This document shows positions 20,892-31,576 of a DNA stretch of 64,000 nucleotides, in pieces. The position numbers and the translations under genes were made by a program. Under the pieces are notes generated by a model, which did no database searches, was not told the DNA's origin, and worked only from the letters and a program-made list of their open reading frames with translations. Each line of letters opens with the position of its first letter. The stretch's first letter is position 1. Location of the stretch: assembly GCF_000142905.1 (NCBI RefSeq), contig NW_013657639.1:208976-272975 (forward strand), in the 5' to 3' direction. The DNA is from Thecamonas trahens ATCC 50062. Taxonomy: Eukaryota; Protista; Apusomonadida.

Positions 20892-23024
20892 TCAAGATTG
20901 TGCGGCGGTGGTGACACTTGCGCCAGCGCTCGTGCGGGCGGTACCAGGCGCGGCCGGTGGGATCAAGTCGTCGTCCGAGTGCGTGCGGACAGTGATCGGG
21001 AGCGGGAGTTGCTCGTAGTCGAGGTGGAGGTCGTCGAGGATAGTACGAAGCTGAACGTAGAGCTTGGACTTGGCCGTCAGGCACTTGCCGACTTGGTGGG
21101 CGTTGACGTCAATGAGGCCAACCCAGACCGAGAGCGAGAGCTTGTGGCAGTCGACAAGGTCCGAGATCCAGACCATAGCTGAGCTGACATCCCACGGGAT
21201 CGAGGTGTCTTCGAGGAAGAACGCCTTGAGGCGCGCCTCGATCGCGGCCACCGCGTGGGCTCCGGTTTTGGCTGCGACCGTCACCGCCACATGCATGGCG
21301 TGATCGCGCGAGCGGCGGTGCGAGACGATGACCGCGTCGTAGAGCATGGCGTTGGGCAGCTGGTACAGCTCGCCGCCAGGGGTAAAGGCCTCGGTTGTTA
21401 GCAGGTGGACCGCGTGCACAATGAGCGTCGGGTACTCGGCCGACGGATGGATGACCTTGATTCGATCCGAGACCGCAAACGGGCGCTGGACAAGGAGAAA
21501 GACAATCGAGTTGAAGACTCGCGTCGCCGTCGACGCAAAGAGGAAAGACATACCGAGCAGAAAGGTGCCGGTCGGAATGACAAGCTCAAAGAACGAGACG
21601 CCGAGCGCCACAAGGACTGCCATGCCCGCCACAAACCAGAACAGGACAGATGAGACCCGATGGAGGACGTTAGAGAGCTCGCCGCGGGCGTGAAGCGACC
21701 GATACAGCCGCTCGCGCTCTTCAAAAACCTCAAAGATGACATCGACGGCCTCCTCGTAGCTGACTTGGACACGGTCGAGCTGCCGCCGCCGCGAGCGGAC
21801 AAACATGGCCATGGCCGCCAGCGCCTGTGGCCCGGGCCCGAGTTCGCGCTCGATGTCGCGGAGCTCAAAGTAGCCGCGCTCATCGAGGTCGAGGTTGACC
21901 AGTATGTCGGCGGCGCGAACAGCCGCAGCCTCGCGCTTGGTCGCCGGCGTGAAAAAGTGGTGCTCCTCGCCGAGCGCGTCGCCCAGCAGGCCGCGCATCG
22001 TCTTGCGCACATCGTGGGTGTGCCGCGGCTGCGCAGGCGTCACCCAGTGCGGCACGGCGCTCTTCCGGCACCGCCGCAGCGCGCAAATGGCCTCCTCGCG
22101 GCGCACATGCTTCTCCAGTTCGGATCCGTACAGGTCGTAGTGAATCCGCTCGAGGTACATTCGCTCGCCCGCGTTCTTGATCAGGTGTGCGAGGTAGATG
22201 AGCGTGACCGCGAGCTGGAACTGGACTAGCCGCTTGCGCAGCCGCGCCTCAGTATCCGGCCCCACAAACTGTGGCGTAATGGCGAGACTCATGACGCCCC
22301 ATAAAACCGACGTGATGTCGCGCGGCGTCCGCTCGAGAATGTAGAACACAAATGAGGTGTAGACCCGAGGCTTGATCGCGTAGTACACCAGCGCCACCAC
22401 TAGCCGCACAAGTGCCCACGCACTCAGCTCGATGGCCCAGAACCACATTTCATACTGCAGCGGGAGTGAGTACGACTCCTCTGATGCAGGCGTGACCGTG
22501 AAAATGATCGCCGCCGCCGCAAAGCCAGCTGCAAGCAGCAGCCCAAGGCAGGCGACCGGGAGCTCAGACACCAGCGCCTGGAGGTTTGATCGCGATGAGA
22601 TGTCATGTGAGAGCGAGGTCGGCAGCCGGAGTGGAATGCCGAGCGTCGGCGGCCTTCGTATTCCTGAGGACGACGAGATCCGCCGCGGCTCGCGCGGGAG
22701 CACCTCAGCCCACGCATCCGGGGTCGGCATCGGAGGCGGTGGCGGCGGATTGGCCATCGGTGGTGGGAGTGGCGGCGGTGGCGGCGGCTTAGCCGGCGGC
22801 GGTGGTGGCTGAAGCCCGCTCGGCCGCAGCGATCGCTCGTCTCGTGTCCAGACCACCTCGATTGACTCGTTGCCGACCTCAAACACGCTGTGCTCACCGT
22901 CGTCGCTCTCTGTCGGCGAGTCGATGACGACGGCTGCCATGCCACAGCCCGAGCCCGTCCCGTCTCCGGTCCCATCCCCAGAAGTCGACCCGGTCGTTGA
23001 CACATACGTCGAGCTGGTTGCCAT
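20892..23024 (-). CDS. MscS-like mechanosensitive channel, paralogue 2
   Basis: Collinear with paralogue 1; DLDERGYFELRD, QRPFAVSDRI, LPNAML, SHRRS. Confidence 0.9.
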   Translation of the reverse strand: MATSSTYVSTTGSTSGDGTGDGTGSGCGMAAVVIDSPTESDDGEHSVFEVGNESIEVVWTRDERSLRPSGLQPPPPPAKPPPPPPLPPPMANPPPPPPMPTPDAWAEVLPREPRRISSSSGIRRPPTLGIPLRLPTSLSHDISSRSNLQALVSELPVACLGLLLAAGFAAAAIIFTVTPASEESYSLPLQYEMWFWAIELSAWALVRLVVALVYYAIKPRVYTSFVFYILERTPRDITSVLWGVMSLAITPQFVGPDTEARLRKRLVQFQLAVTLIYLAHLIKNAGERMYLERIHYDLYGSELEKHVRREEAICALRRCRKSAVPHWVTPAQPRHTHDVRKTMRGLLGDALGEEHHFFTPATKREAAAVRAADILVNLDLDERGYFELRDIERELGPGPQALAAMAMFVRSRRRQLDRVQVSYEEAVDVIFEVFEERERLYRSLHARGELSNVLHRVSSVLFWFVAGMAVLVALGVSFFELVIPTGTFLLGMSFLFASTATRVFNSIVFLLVQRPFAVSDRIKVIHPSAEYPTLIVHAVHLLTTEAFTPGGELYQLPNAMLYDAVIVSHRRSRDHAMHVAVTVAAKTGAHAVAAIEARLKAFFLEDTSIPWDVSSAMVWISDLVDCHKLSLSVWVGLIDVNAHQVGKCLTAKSKLYVQLRTILDDLHLDYEQLPLPITVRTHSDDDLIPPAAPGTARTSAGASVTTAAQS

Positions 23025-23587
23025 GCCGCGGCAAAGGAGTCGTGTGGAGAGCGGAGCTACGGCAGTTTGACCGCTGTGGCGGTCGGCATTAGCCGGGGAC
23101 AGGCCGGGTCGAGCGCCATACCAAAGGATCTGGGGATTCGGATGACACAGCGAGTGATGGATTTACTTGTACGGGCGTACATGATGATTCATGGCAGAGA
23201 CACGGTGCTGTGGTTGTCGGTGATGTGGGTAGTGTAAGGAGCGAGATGAGATCAGATCTGGGGGCGGGAGGGTAGGCATCCCGGCAACTACGGCTACAGA
23301 TCTGACTGGGCATCCGGATTGAATGGGGCAAGCCGATGAGTGAGAAAGTATTGGATTTGGGAGTTGATGTATGTGGGTGGGGTGGGTGGGGTGGGTGGGT
23401 GGGTGGGTGTGGTCGATGAGTCGGACCAAAAGCACAGTGCGAAAGGCACCTGTGACCACCACACCAGGTGCTGACCACCAGCCAAGGACCACGAGCTGGT
23501 GGAAGGCAGGGAACGAGAGCGAGTCACAACCACTCTTTCCCCACATACGCGTACTTAGGTATATCTGTGTGTCTGTTGAGGAACGAC

Positions 23588-24577
23588 ATGGCTGACGTTA
23601 CCGACAAGCCGGTGGCAGTTGCAGACAAGGCTGCGGGCGCAGAGGTGGAGGCGGGCGCAGAGGTGGCGGTGGACGAGGACGGATCGGTGGGGGCTATGTG
23701 GAACGGATGCGTGGTGATGGGTGATGGGGTGGCCGAGGACAAGAACCGCAAGTACCGACGGACAATGGAGGACAAGCACATCATGATCAAGGCGCTGGAG
23801 ACGGGCGCAGGGGAGCTGGTCGAAGTCGATGGCGTGCAGCCGGCGCTGTATGCTGTCTTTGATGGTCATGGTGGTCGAAAGGCGTCGGCGCTGATGGAGA
23901 AGCAGTTTCCGACCATTCTGGCCACATCGCTGGAGGCTGTTGCTGGTAGGACCGCGGGTGGCCGCCACGTCGGTGTGGCGCTGGCTGATGCGCTCGCTCA
24001 CGCCGATCATGCCCTGCTAGAGGACGGCATCGTGTACTCGGGTGCAACTGTCGCGGTTGCGTTGGTCGTCCCCGACTCTACCGGGCGCGGAACGTGGATT
24101 CACTCGGCCAACGCCGGCGACACCCGGACAGTGCTGGTGGTGAAGTCTGATGCTGGTGACGCTACAGCAATCCGCCTCTCGCGCGACCACAAGGCCGACG
24201 ATGCCGACGAGGTCGAGCGCATCGAGGCTGCAGGCGGGTTTGTCAGCGGCGGCCGCGTCGTCTCGGTCCTCGCCGTCGCGCGCGCTCTCGGGGACGGGTC
24301 GATGAAGGACTTTGTCCCATCCGAGCCGTACCTCTCCGACACCCTTGTGACTGCGGCCCAGCTGGCGGCCGGAGCCTTCTTCATCATGGCCTGTGACGGC
24401 GTGTGGGATGTCATCCCGGACGACGACGCCGCCGCCATTGTCGCTCAAGAGCTCGTCACAGACACCGGCACCGAGGCTTCCGCGGCCAAAGCCCTCGTCC
24501 GTGCCGCCATTGACGTCGGATCGACCGACAACGTCACCGTGATTGTCGTCCGTCTCGCCGCTACCGGCCGCGCCTGA
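23588..24577 (+). CDS. Protein phosphatase 2C (Ptc1-like)
   Basis: RRTMED, VFDGHGG, ANAGD, DHK, LAVARALGD, ACDGVWD, GSTDNVT; ATG 23588. Confidence 0.96.
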   Translation: MADVTDKPVAVADKAAGAEVEAGAEVAVDEDGSVGAMWNGCVVMGDGVAEDKNRKYRRTMEDKHIMIKALETGAGELVEVDGVQPALYAVFDGHGGRKASALMEKQFPTILATSLEAVAGRTAGGRHVGVALADALAHADHALLEDGIVYSGATVAVALVVPDSTGRGTWIHSANAGDTRTVLVVKSDAGDATAIRLSRDHKADDADEVERIEAAGGFVSGGRVVSVLAVARALGDGSMKDFVPSEPYLSDTLVTAAQLAAGAFFIMACDGVWDVIPDDDAAAIVAQELVTDTGTEASAAKALVRAAIDVGSTDNVTVIVVRLAATGRA

Positions 24578-24593
24578 TCGCCGCCCAAGCCCC

Positions 24594-25274
24594 TCACTCG
24601 CCGACGAGCTTCTGCCGCAACGCCTCGTAGGCGTCGGCGGCGGTCGCCTCAAAACACAGCGAGACCGCAATGTAGAGCTGACCTGTCAGCATGTCAAAGC
24701 GCCAAAAGTGGATGATTGAGCCGAGCGCTTTGTGTGAGAACTTGCCAGCCTCCTCGCCGGCAAAGACGGTCACCTGGGCTCGGAACGAGATCTGGTCGTA
24801 CTTGGCCACGTTGATGAGCAGATCGTCCGAGAGCGGAAGGAAGAGCGCACCGGTGGCAGTCTGTGACTCAGCCATAACATCGCCACCGCTTGCCCCGCCA
24901 CTGCTGCTTCCCTTCTCGCCCGGGCTCCATCCGCCGCCTCCGTTCCCGCTCCCGCTCCGCGACCCGCCGCCTTGCCCGCCCCAGCCGAATCCAGTCCGAC
25001 TCGGCGGAGGATGGGCCACATACAGTACGCCTTCGCCCGCAGCCACCGGAACAAACTGAAGCAGCCTTCCACCTTGCTCTCCGCTAACTGCGGCTCCCCC
25101 AGTGCCTTCCATGCCTGCTGCCGCCAGAAGCGGTGCCCGCCGCTTCCCTCGGACCGGACCGCTCAGCTCAACGCGCCGCTTGCGCGATGGCACCGACTCA
25201 CCAGCGGCAAAGGCAGAAGGATGCGCTCGTGTAAGTGGCTCACTGTCAGATGCAAGGTCCATCGTTGCTGCCAT
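24594..25274 (-). CDS. Hypothetical protein with NLS-like basic motifs and a possible PH-like C-terminal domain
   Basis: ATG 25274; RKRR/KRR motifs; beta strands followed by a terminal helix (AADAYEALRQKL). Confidence 0.5.
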   Translation of the reverse strand: MAATMDLASDSEPLTRAHPSAFAAGESVPSRKRRVELSGPVRGKRRAPLLAAAGMEGTGGAAVSGEQGGRLLQFVPVAAGEGVLYVAHPPPSRTGFGWGGQGGGSRSGSGNGGGGWSPGEKGSSSGGASGGDVMAESQTATGALFLPLSDDLLINVAKYDQISFRAQVTVFAGEEAGKFSHKALGSIIHFWRFDMLTGQLYIAVSLCFEATAADAYEALRQKLVGE

Positions 25275-26026
25275 GTTGGTGAGAACAAACTCGGACGACT
25301 TGTCCCTCCACGGATGATCCGAGTGTAGTGGTGATGCTATCGCCGTTTTGTGCCCTCTTCGCCGAGCAAATGTCCCAATGTCAGCTCTCCACCCGTCAGC
25401 CGTCTCGCCGCTGAATCGCCGCACGCCGCCCATCGCGCCATCGGTTGATGGGGAGGAGGAGGAAGGGACATGCGCGCAGAACAGATACGGGAGGGGGGGG
25501 ATGCGGTGGTAGAGGGGGGTTCTCCCAGGAGGACTTTGTCGCTCGATGCGGCGATGGGCAGTGGGACGTGTCGGCATCACCATTCCACCATGATGATCCG
25601 CCGCAGCTGTACATCTGACGCCATCTCATGCCACAGACTACAGTCTTGGCGTTCGGAGCTCGCAACTGGAGGTTGAACAGACGCGGAACCGCGATAAATC
25701 CATCGAAGATCCGATGGCAAGAGACTCATCAATAGGTTGATCTGGCCAAGGACGAGATCATGCCACCATCGTGGCCCCACTACACTCGCTGCGGTCGCCC
25801 GAGACAAAGACGTCAGCCGAGGCAGAGCGGATCAGGTAGGATCGCCTGATGCGGCATCGATTTGACGCGCGGTCAAACCAAGCAAGAGGCCGACATGGCG
25901 GTGACGGGTGACGTCGAGAGAGGGGCGAGACCAAGACGCCAACACGCCCACATGCACCCCCCCCCCACCCACACACACACACACACACACCTCGCTCGGG
26001 GGAACGTTGTGGTAGTTGCAAAGTTC

Positions 26027-26275
26027 ATGCGTATTGTGGTGCACATTGGTGACAAGGTGGTGTTCGTGGAGGCTGGTGAAGGTGGACAGCCTGTCCAATG
26101 GCTCGGGGCATGTGCAAGGGCGAGGTGCAAGGGCAAGACTTCGGATGGTCTCACTATGGCTCTACCTGTAGAGTATCGCAAGGCATCGCCTGATGGTCCT
26201 CTGCTCAATCCGAAGCACTACCTCGTTGACGTCTGTGCCTCGGGTGATCATGTCTTTATCCGTCTAGCCGACTGA
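26027..26275 (+). CDS. 82-aa stand-alone Par3/HAL N-terminal (PB1-like, DUF3534) domain protein
   Basis: MRIVVHIGDKVVFVEAGEGGQPVQWLGACARAR...GPLLNPKHYLVDVCASGDHVFIRL matches the HAL/Par3 N-terminal pattern. Confidence 0.7.
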   Translation: MRIVVHIGDKVVFVEAGEGGQPVQWLGACARARCKGKTSDGLTMALPVEYRKASPDGPLLNPKHYLVDVCASGDHVFIRLAD

Positions 26276-26513
26276 TCGCTTTGATGTGACGGCTGTGCTG
26301 TGGCCATGGTCTGGCCTGGTCTGATCTCGGTCCGGGGGGGTCAGCCGATGAGCCTGGCAAAGGGTCGGAGCATGTCGATGGGTGGAGTTGAGTGGGAGGG
26401 GGAGAGATCGGCTGGAAAGCGAACAACGGCTCGAGGTTCGGCGATAGGCAGTCAGCGGCTCGGAATCGGGCGGCAACTCGCCTCGGATGGGGGCCTGGCA
26501 GTGGAGGCATCGA

Positions 26514-27392
26514 TCAGAGACTGTGGATAAACTCGAGCAGTACCGCCTTGTACGCAGCCATGTCGTCAGCGTTTGCACAGGTATACATCGGATGCGGAGA
26601 GTCGGCGAGGATGAGGAGCCGCGGCTTGCTGCCTGCGTTGGCAATCGCGCGGTGAAGCCGGACGGTGCACTGCGGCGGAACCTTGGTGTCAACAGCCGAG
26701 GTGACCATCAGCAGCGGGATGCCCGCGGCGGCAATGGCGGCAGCTTGCGCCAGCGGCGACGGTCCATCCGGTCGCCATGACGTCACCAGCCGCAACACAC
26801 GCTCGACAAGCCTGCCACCGAACCCCGTGTAGCGCGCGGCGAGGACGTTGGGAATGGTATCGAAGCATCCTTCGAGAACAGCGCCGACCACCGCTACGTC
26901 GACGTCGCACGTCTCCGAGCCGAGAGCAGCGACGGCGCCTGCAACCACCGCTGCGCCGCGGGAGCAACCAAAGAGCAGGACCTTGGCTCCTGGCTCGTCC
27001 TCGCCAAGCTCGCGAAGCGCGTCCAGGACAGCCGCGATCTCGCCGTCCTGCCCCCAGTCGGTCCGGCCTGCGTCGAGCGGGCGAAACCAGCCGGGCGCCG
27101 GGTCGTCGAGGGCAACGCCGGTCCACCACGGCTCAACATACGCGCGAATGGCGTATTGCAAGAATGCAGGGACAATGTGCGGCGCCCAACGATTTGTCTG
27201 GCGCCGCGCTTCGGGGAGATCAACAAGTCGGGTCGAGGCCGGCGGCAACCAGGCGACGGGATACTGATCGGCAGACGCCGAGTAGTGTGCTGTGGAGAGA
27301 GTGTACTTTGCCATCTGCGCCTCATGCGCGCCGGTTCCGGGGATAAAGAGCACTCGCAAGCCTGCGCTGTCGATGGCGTGCGCTGGATCCAT
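26514..27392 (-). CDS. Alpha/beta hydrolase (GCSRG nucleophile elbow); start 27392 or 27482
   Basis: FGCSRGA, VLEGCFD, SAVDTKVP, SPHPMY triad. Confidence 0.85.
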   Translation of the reverse strand: MDPAHAIDSAGLRVLFIPGTGAHEAQMAKYTLSTAHYSASADQYPVAWLPPASTRLVDLPEARRQTNRWAPHIVPAFLQYAIRAYVEPWWTGVALDDPAPGWFRPLDAGRTDWGQDGEIAAVLDALRELGEDEPGAKVLLFGCSRGAAVVAGAVAALGSETCDVDVAVVGAVLEGCFDTIPNVLAARYTGFGGRLVERVLRLVTSWRPDGPSPLAQAAAIAAAGIPLLMVTSAVDTKVPPQCTVRLHRAIANAGSKPRLLILADSPHPMYTCANADDMAAYKAVLLEFIHSL

Positions 27393-27478
27393 GACCGCGA
27401 TAACGTCGAGTCGGAAACGCAGCAGGAGAGACAAGTGGGTGTCCACCCCCGAGCCAGGCTCCAGCCTCGCAGCCGAGC

Positions 27479-29746
27479 TCATGTTCCCATTGGAGCGGAA
27501 GCATGGCCCTGAGCAACGACTCCGGCTTGCCCAGCGGTGAGCCCTGCATCAAAGCCGCCGTTGAAGACCGCAGCTTGCGGGCCGTTGATGAAGCGGACGG
27601 GTTGGATCGGCTGCTCGTACGAGATCCCGTGGGTTCGCAGGATTTCCTGGACCTTGAGAAGGAGGCGGGTGCGGGCGAGGACAAACTTCTTGGGCGCGTT
27701 CCATGTGACGGCGATGAGCTTGACGCGGACGTTAAATTGGAGGCGGTTCGAGTTGGTGATCTCGTCAACAAAGACCATGATCTCTTTGTCCCACGGCATG
27801 GTGCCCGAGTCGACTTTGAGAAACTCCTTGACATCGGCTTCGACCGAGGTAAACTGCTCGAGCGAGATATCAGCCTGGACCTGGAGCGAGAGGAGGAGCG
27901 CAAACTCACGCGATCGCTTGAACGAGGTGATGACCGCGCCGTAGAGCAGCGAGTTGGGAAAGACAAAGAGCCGTCCGTCCGTGGCGTAGCACTCGGTAAG
28001 GAGGAGCGAGGTCGACGAGACAATGAGCGTTGGATAGGTAAACGAACCGACGGTGACGGTGATGCGGTCGCCGTGCGAGATCGGGTGGAGGACAACGGTA
28101 AAGACAAAGGCGTTGAACGCCTGTTGGACCGTGTTGCCAAACACAAACGAGAGGCCGAGGAAGGAGCCGAGAAGCGGGAGCACAAACTTGAGCAAGTCGA
28201 TCTCGTACGAGATGAGGACCCCGACCGAGGCCGAGAGCCAGAAGACCGCGCCAGTCACGTACGCAATGATGGCAGAGATCTTGGCTCGCTCGTGGAGAAC
28301 CTTGTAAAGCGTCTCGCGCGAGTTGAACACATCGGTGATGGCCGAGACTGCCGTCTCGTAGTCGACCTCCATAGTGGCGATGTTGGCACGCTTGCTTGGT
28401 GCAAACAGGGCCATGGCGGCGTCGGCCTCGGGTCCAGGCTCGAGGTAAGCCTCGACGTCGGCGATGCCAAACTTACCGACATCGCCCGGGTCGAGGTTGA
28501 GCACAATGTCCGAGGCCCGCGCCGCTGCTGCCGCTTGCTTTTCCTCCTCCGAGTGGGTAAAGACCTCAGGCTTGAGGACGGGGCCGAGGAGGGCGCGCAT
28601 GGTGTAGGTGAAATCAAAGGTGACCGGCGGCTCGGGCGGGGTGACCCACTTGGAGGCGAGCTCCGGTCGGCACATCCGCAACTTTGCGACGGATGCCTCC
28701 TTGGCGAGGTGTGCCTCGAGGTCGGCGCCGTGCAGCTCGTGGTTGATGTGCTCGAGATACACCCGCTCGAGGCCGCGCTTGACGAGATGGGCGGAAAAGA
28801 CAAATAGAATAGTCGAGAGCGCCTTGTTGAGCCGGGTGTCGAGTCGCCCGCCATCAGAGTCGCCCACCACGGTCTCGAGCAGCGCGAGCGAGACGATGGC
28901 CCAGATGACCGTTGTCAGCGTCCGCTTGGAGCCATCGAGCACCACAAACGGAAACGAAAAGTACCACCGCGGCTCGGCCCGATGGAAGATGGCGCCAATG
29001 ACAACCCGAAGGGCGACCCATCCGAGTAGCTCGACTGAGAGGTACCAGAGCTGATGCTGGCGCTTGACGCCGTACGCCATCTCGTTTGCAGGCGTGAGCG
29101 CGTAGACCAGGCCACCGAGCGCGAGCGAGACCGAGAGAAACAGAATGAGCATGGCCACTGGCAGCTCGATGACCGAGCGGATCCACTGGACCCGGCCAAC
29201 CTTTGGCGGCTCGAGCTCCTTCCAGCTGAGATGAACAGGGATGCCGAGCATAGGCGGGCGGACAAACTTGTGCGGCGGAGGCTTGCGGGTCCTCGCCGGC
29301 ACTGACGAAATCTCGGGCATAGGTGGTGGAGCCGGAGGCGGAAGGCTTCCGATCAGCGCGCCCGACTTGAGGAGCGGAGCGGTGAGCGGGCCGGCGCCGG
29401 TCTCCACCTGGGCATTAGCCAGGCTCTGCAACTTGACCGATGATGTCAAGGTCGAGTTGAGGCCCGGACTCGCCCACGCGCCAGATCCACCGACACTAGG
29501 AGCAGTCGATGGCAGCGATTCGCCACCACCGCGACGATGACGACGACGAACCGCTGCAGACGTGGTCACTCTCAGAGGCAACGAACTCGAGTCGCCCGAG
29601 TCGCCCGAGTCGCCCGAGTCGCCCGAGTCGCCCGAGTCGCCCGAGTCGCCCGAGTCGTGCGAGATGACTTTGGTCTCGGCCTCTGGCTCGTTGCCATCCT
29701 CATTGTCGCCGCCGTATGAATACGAGTAGTCTGAGATGGCAGACAT
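27479..29746 (-). CDS. MscS-like mechanosensitive channel, paralogue 3
   Basis: Collinear with the other two; LHPISHGDRI, FPNSLL, TSFKRS; ATG 29746. Confidence 0.9.
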   Translation of the reverse strand: MSAISDYSYSYGGDNEDGNEPEAETKVISHDSGDSGDSGDSGDSGDSGDSGDSSSLPLRVTTSAAVRRRHRRGGGESLPSTAPSVGGSGAWASPGLNSTLTSSVKLQSLANAQVETGAGPLTAPLLKSGALIGSLPPPAPPPMPEISSVPARTRKPPPHKFVRPPMLGIPVHLSWKELEPPKVGRVQWIRSVIELPVAMLILFLSVSLALGGLVYALTPANEMAYGVKRQHQLWYLSVELLGWVALRVVIGAIFHRAEPRWYFSFPFVVLDGSKRTLTTVIWAIVSLALLETVVGDSDGGRLDTRLNKALSTILFVFSAHLVKRGLERVYLEHINHELHGADLEAHLAKEASVAKLRMCRPELASKWVTPPEPPVTFDFTYTMRALLGPVLKPEVFTHSEEEKQAAAAARASDIVLNLDPGDVGKFGIADVEAYLEPGPEADAAMALFAPSKRANIATMEVDYETAVSAITDVFNSRETLYKVLHERAKISAIIAYVTGAVFWLSASVGVLISYEIDLLKFVLPLLGSFLGLSFVFGNTVQQAFNAFVFTVVLHPISHGDRITVTVGSFTYPTLIVSSTSLLLTECYATDGRLFVFPNSLLYGAVITSFKRSREFALLLSLQVQADISLEQFTSVEADVKEFLKVDSGTMPWDKEIMVFVDEITNSNRLQFNVRVKLIAVTWNAPKKFVLARTRLLLKVQEILRTHGISYEQPIQPVRFINGPQAAVFNGGFDAGLTAGQAGVVAQGHASAPMGT
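29588..29656. repeat. 9-bp coding repeat (CGAGTCGCC) about 7 copies, encoding DSG repeats
   Basis: Seen directly. Confidence 0.9.
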
Positions 29747-30538
29747 GGCCAAAGAGGTAGTAAATGAGGAAGGTTGTGGGTCAAGTTTGCGAGCACAAAG
29801 TCCTGGTTGGCTCAAGCTGACAGACTGGCCATTGAACGAGAGAGAGGGGCGAAGGGAGCGACAAACTGTCCATCCAGTTGTGTTGTGGAGAATGATATGA
29901 TCATCATACCGGATAAGCTAGCTAAGCGCCAGATGCACCCATTGCTACATCGATGATCGATGACCATTGTAATGGGATTGTTGAACTAACACTGGTGTCT
30001 TTGTATTGGTGTGGCGCACTCCCTGTGCAGAGGGCAATGTCGATCAGTAGTTGCTGTCCCCTGCCCTGGTTGGTTCATGGTCTCACAGCCACGTTGCCGT
30101 CACACCTGCGTCACCGATCATCACCACTACCGATATTACCCTCAACATTGCGGATCATCATCGCAGATCATCGTATCACCTCACCGATCTCCCCCCCCCC
30201 CTGACCCCCTCTCCCCTACACACACACACACGCACACGCATCAACACCTCAAACCCATTCACATCCCCGTCACCAATCACCGATCACCGATCACCCTCAT
30301 CACGCCATCAGCATCGACTAGCACCCACATCACTTCCCCTCCACACATTCCTACCATGATCCCCACCCCCCCCATCATCACCACCACGGTCGTCAACACG
30401 GTTGTCTTGGCAAGAGCAGAGGCAAAGTGACCAAAGTCGCAGGTGCCGAACACACACCACCACCACATCCACACCCACCACTCTCTGTGTACTTGTCCTT
30501 CCCTACATAGTGTACACACACTTGTTCAGGGTGCAGTC

Positions 30539-31402
30539 ATGCGGAGAGGAAGAGTTGGGATGGACGGAGAGCCGCTGCTGAGGTCGGAGGGAGGGGTAGG
30601 GGCAGGGGCAGGGCCAGGTGGCCGAGGCAGAGCGGGAGCTGGTGGTGATGACCGTGGTGGTGATGGTGATGCGGTAGTGATCAAGTACACCTTTACTGGC
30701 AAGCTGACACTCTTCCCGCTCTTTGTCATTCTGATGTTTGCGGCGACAGGACTGCTGCTGACGAGAGGAACCCGACCGTACAACGCAGGCTACTTTACCT
30801 CGTCTGAGGTCTACTACGGCCTCGCTGGCCTCGCCATGTTCATCACCTCGCTCTGGTGTGTCCTCGCTATTGCGCTCTGGGTTGTCTTCCGAGTCACAGT
30901 TGCTATCACCCACGAGTCGATGACAGTGACCAAGTCGGGCGTGTTCCGATCAGCGAGCCTCTCCTTTGATCGCAACGACCTCTCGCTGCACTACTTCCGT
31001 ACCCACTACCTTGAGTCATCGGCCTGGCTAAAACTGGTTGTCCGTGAGGGCGAGCGGTACTACGTCCTGCTCTCGTGGAAGGGCGCTGGCGATCAAAAGG
31101 CGCGCTTTATGGAGTTCTTCAACTCGCTGCAGCGGGTGCTTGCCACTGACGGCGGCCCGCTGCCTGCCCACGACGGCCGCGACGTCGAGCTCATCTCCCG
31201 TGACGAGATGACCTTCATCACTCCCTTTGCCGCCCGCCTCCGTGCCCTCCAGGCCTCGCACGCTGCGCTCCGAGGCGGATCGTCCATGCTCACCTCGGCC
31301 GCCAACACCACATGCCTCGAGGATCTGTCGTTCTTCAACGGCGATCGCTTCACCCGCCACTTTGTCGTCAACAAGGCCACCGGCGAGCCGCTCCTTGGCT
31401 GA
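30539..31402 (+). CDS. Hypothetical 2-TM membrane protein with possible PH-like domain
   Basis: Two hydrophobic helices followed by VAITHESMTVTKSGVF strands; coding-like codon usage. Confidence 0.65.
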   Translation: MRRGRVGMDGEPLLRSEGGVGAGAGPGGRGRAGAGGDDRGGDGDAVVIKYTFTGKLTLFPLFVILMFAATGLLLTRGTRPYNAGYFTSSEVYYGLAGLAMFITSLWCVLAIALWVVFRVTVAITHESMTVTKSGVFRSASLSFDRNDLSLHYFRTHYLESSAWLKLVVREGERYYVLLSWKGAGDQKARFMEFFNSLQRVLATDGGPLPAHDGRDVELISRDEMTFITPFAARLRALQASHAALRGGSSMLTSAANTTCLEDLSFFNGDRFTRHFVVNKATGEPLLG

Positions 31403-31576
31403 GTCGCGTCATCCACCACCAGCCCCGTTGCTCTGATCGATCCCGCGCTCCACCCTCACGCGTGCATAGCGGAATAAAAAGCCTGCAGAAGCCGCAACAA
31501 CAGCAACAACCGCAACCTGCTTGGCGAGGCAGGCAGCCGGTCTCACAGCGCCAACTGGGTCAGTCTCGGCCAGTCG

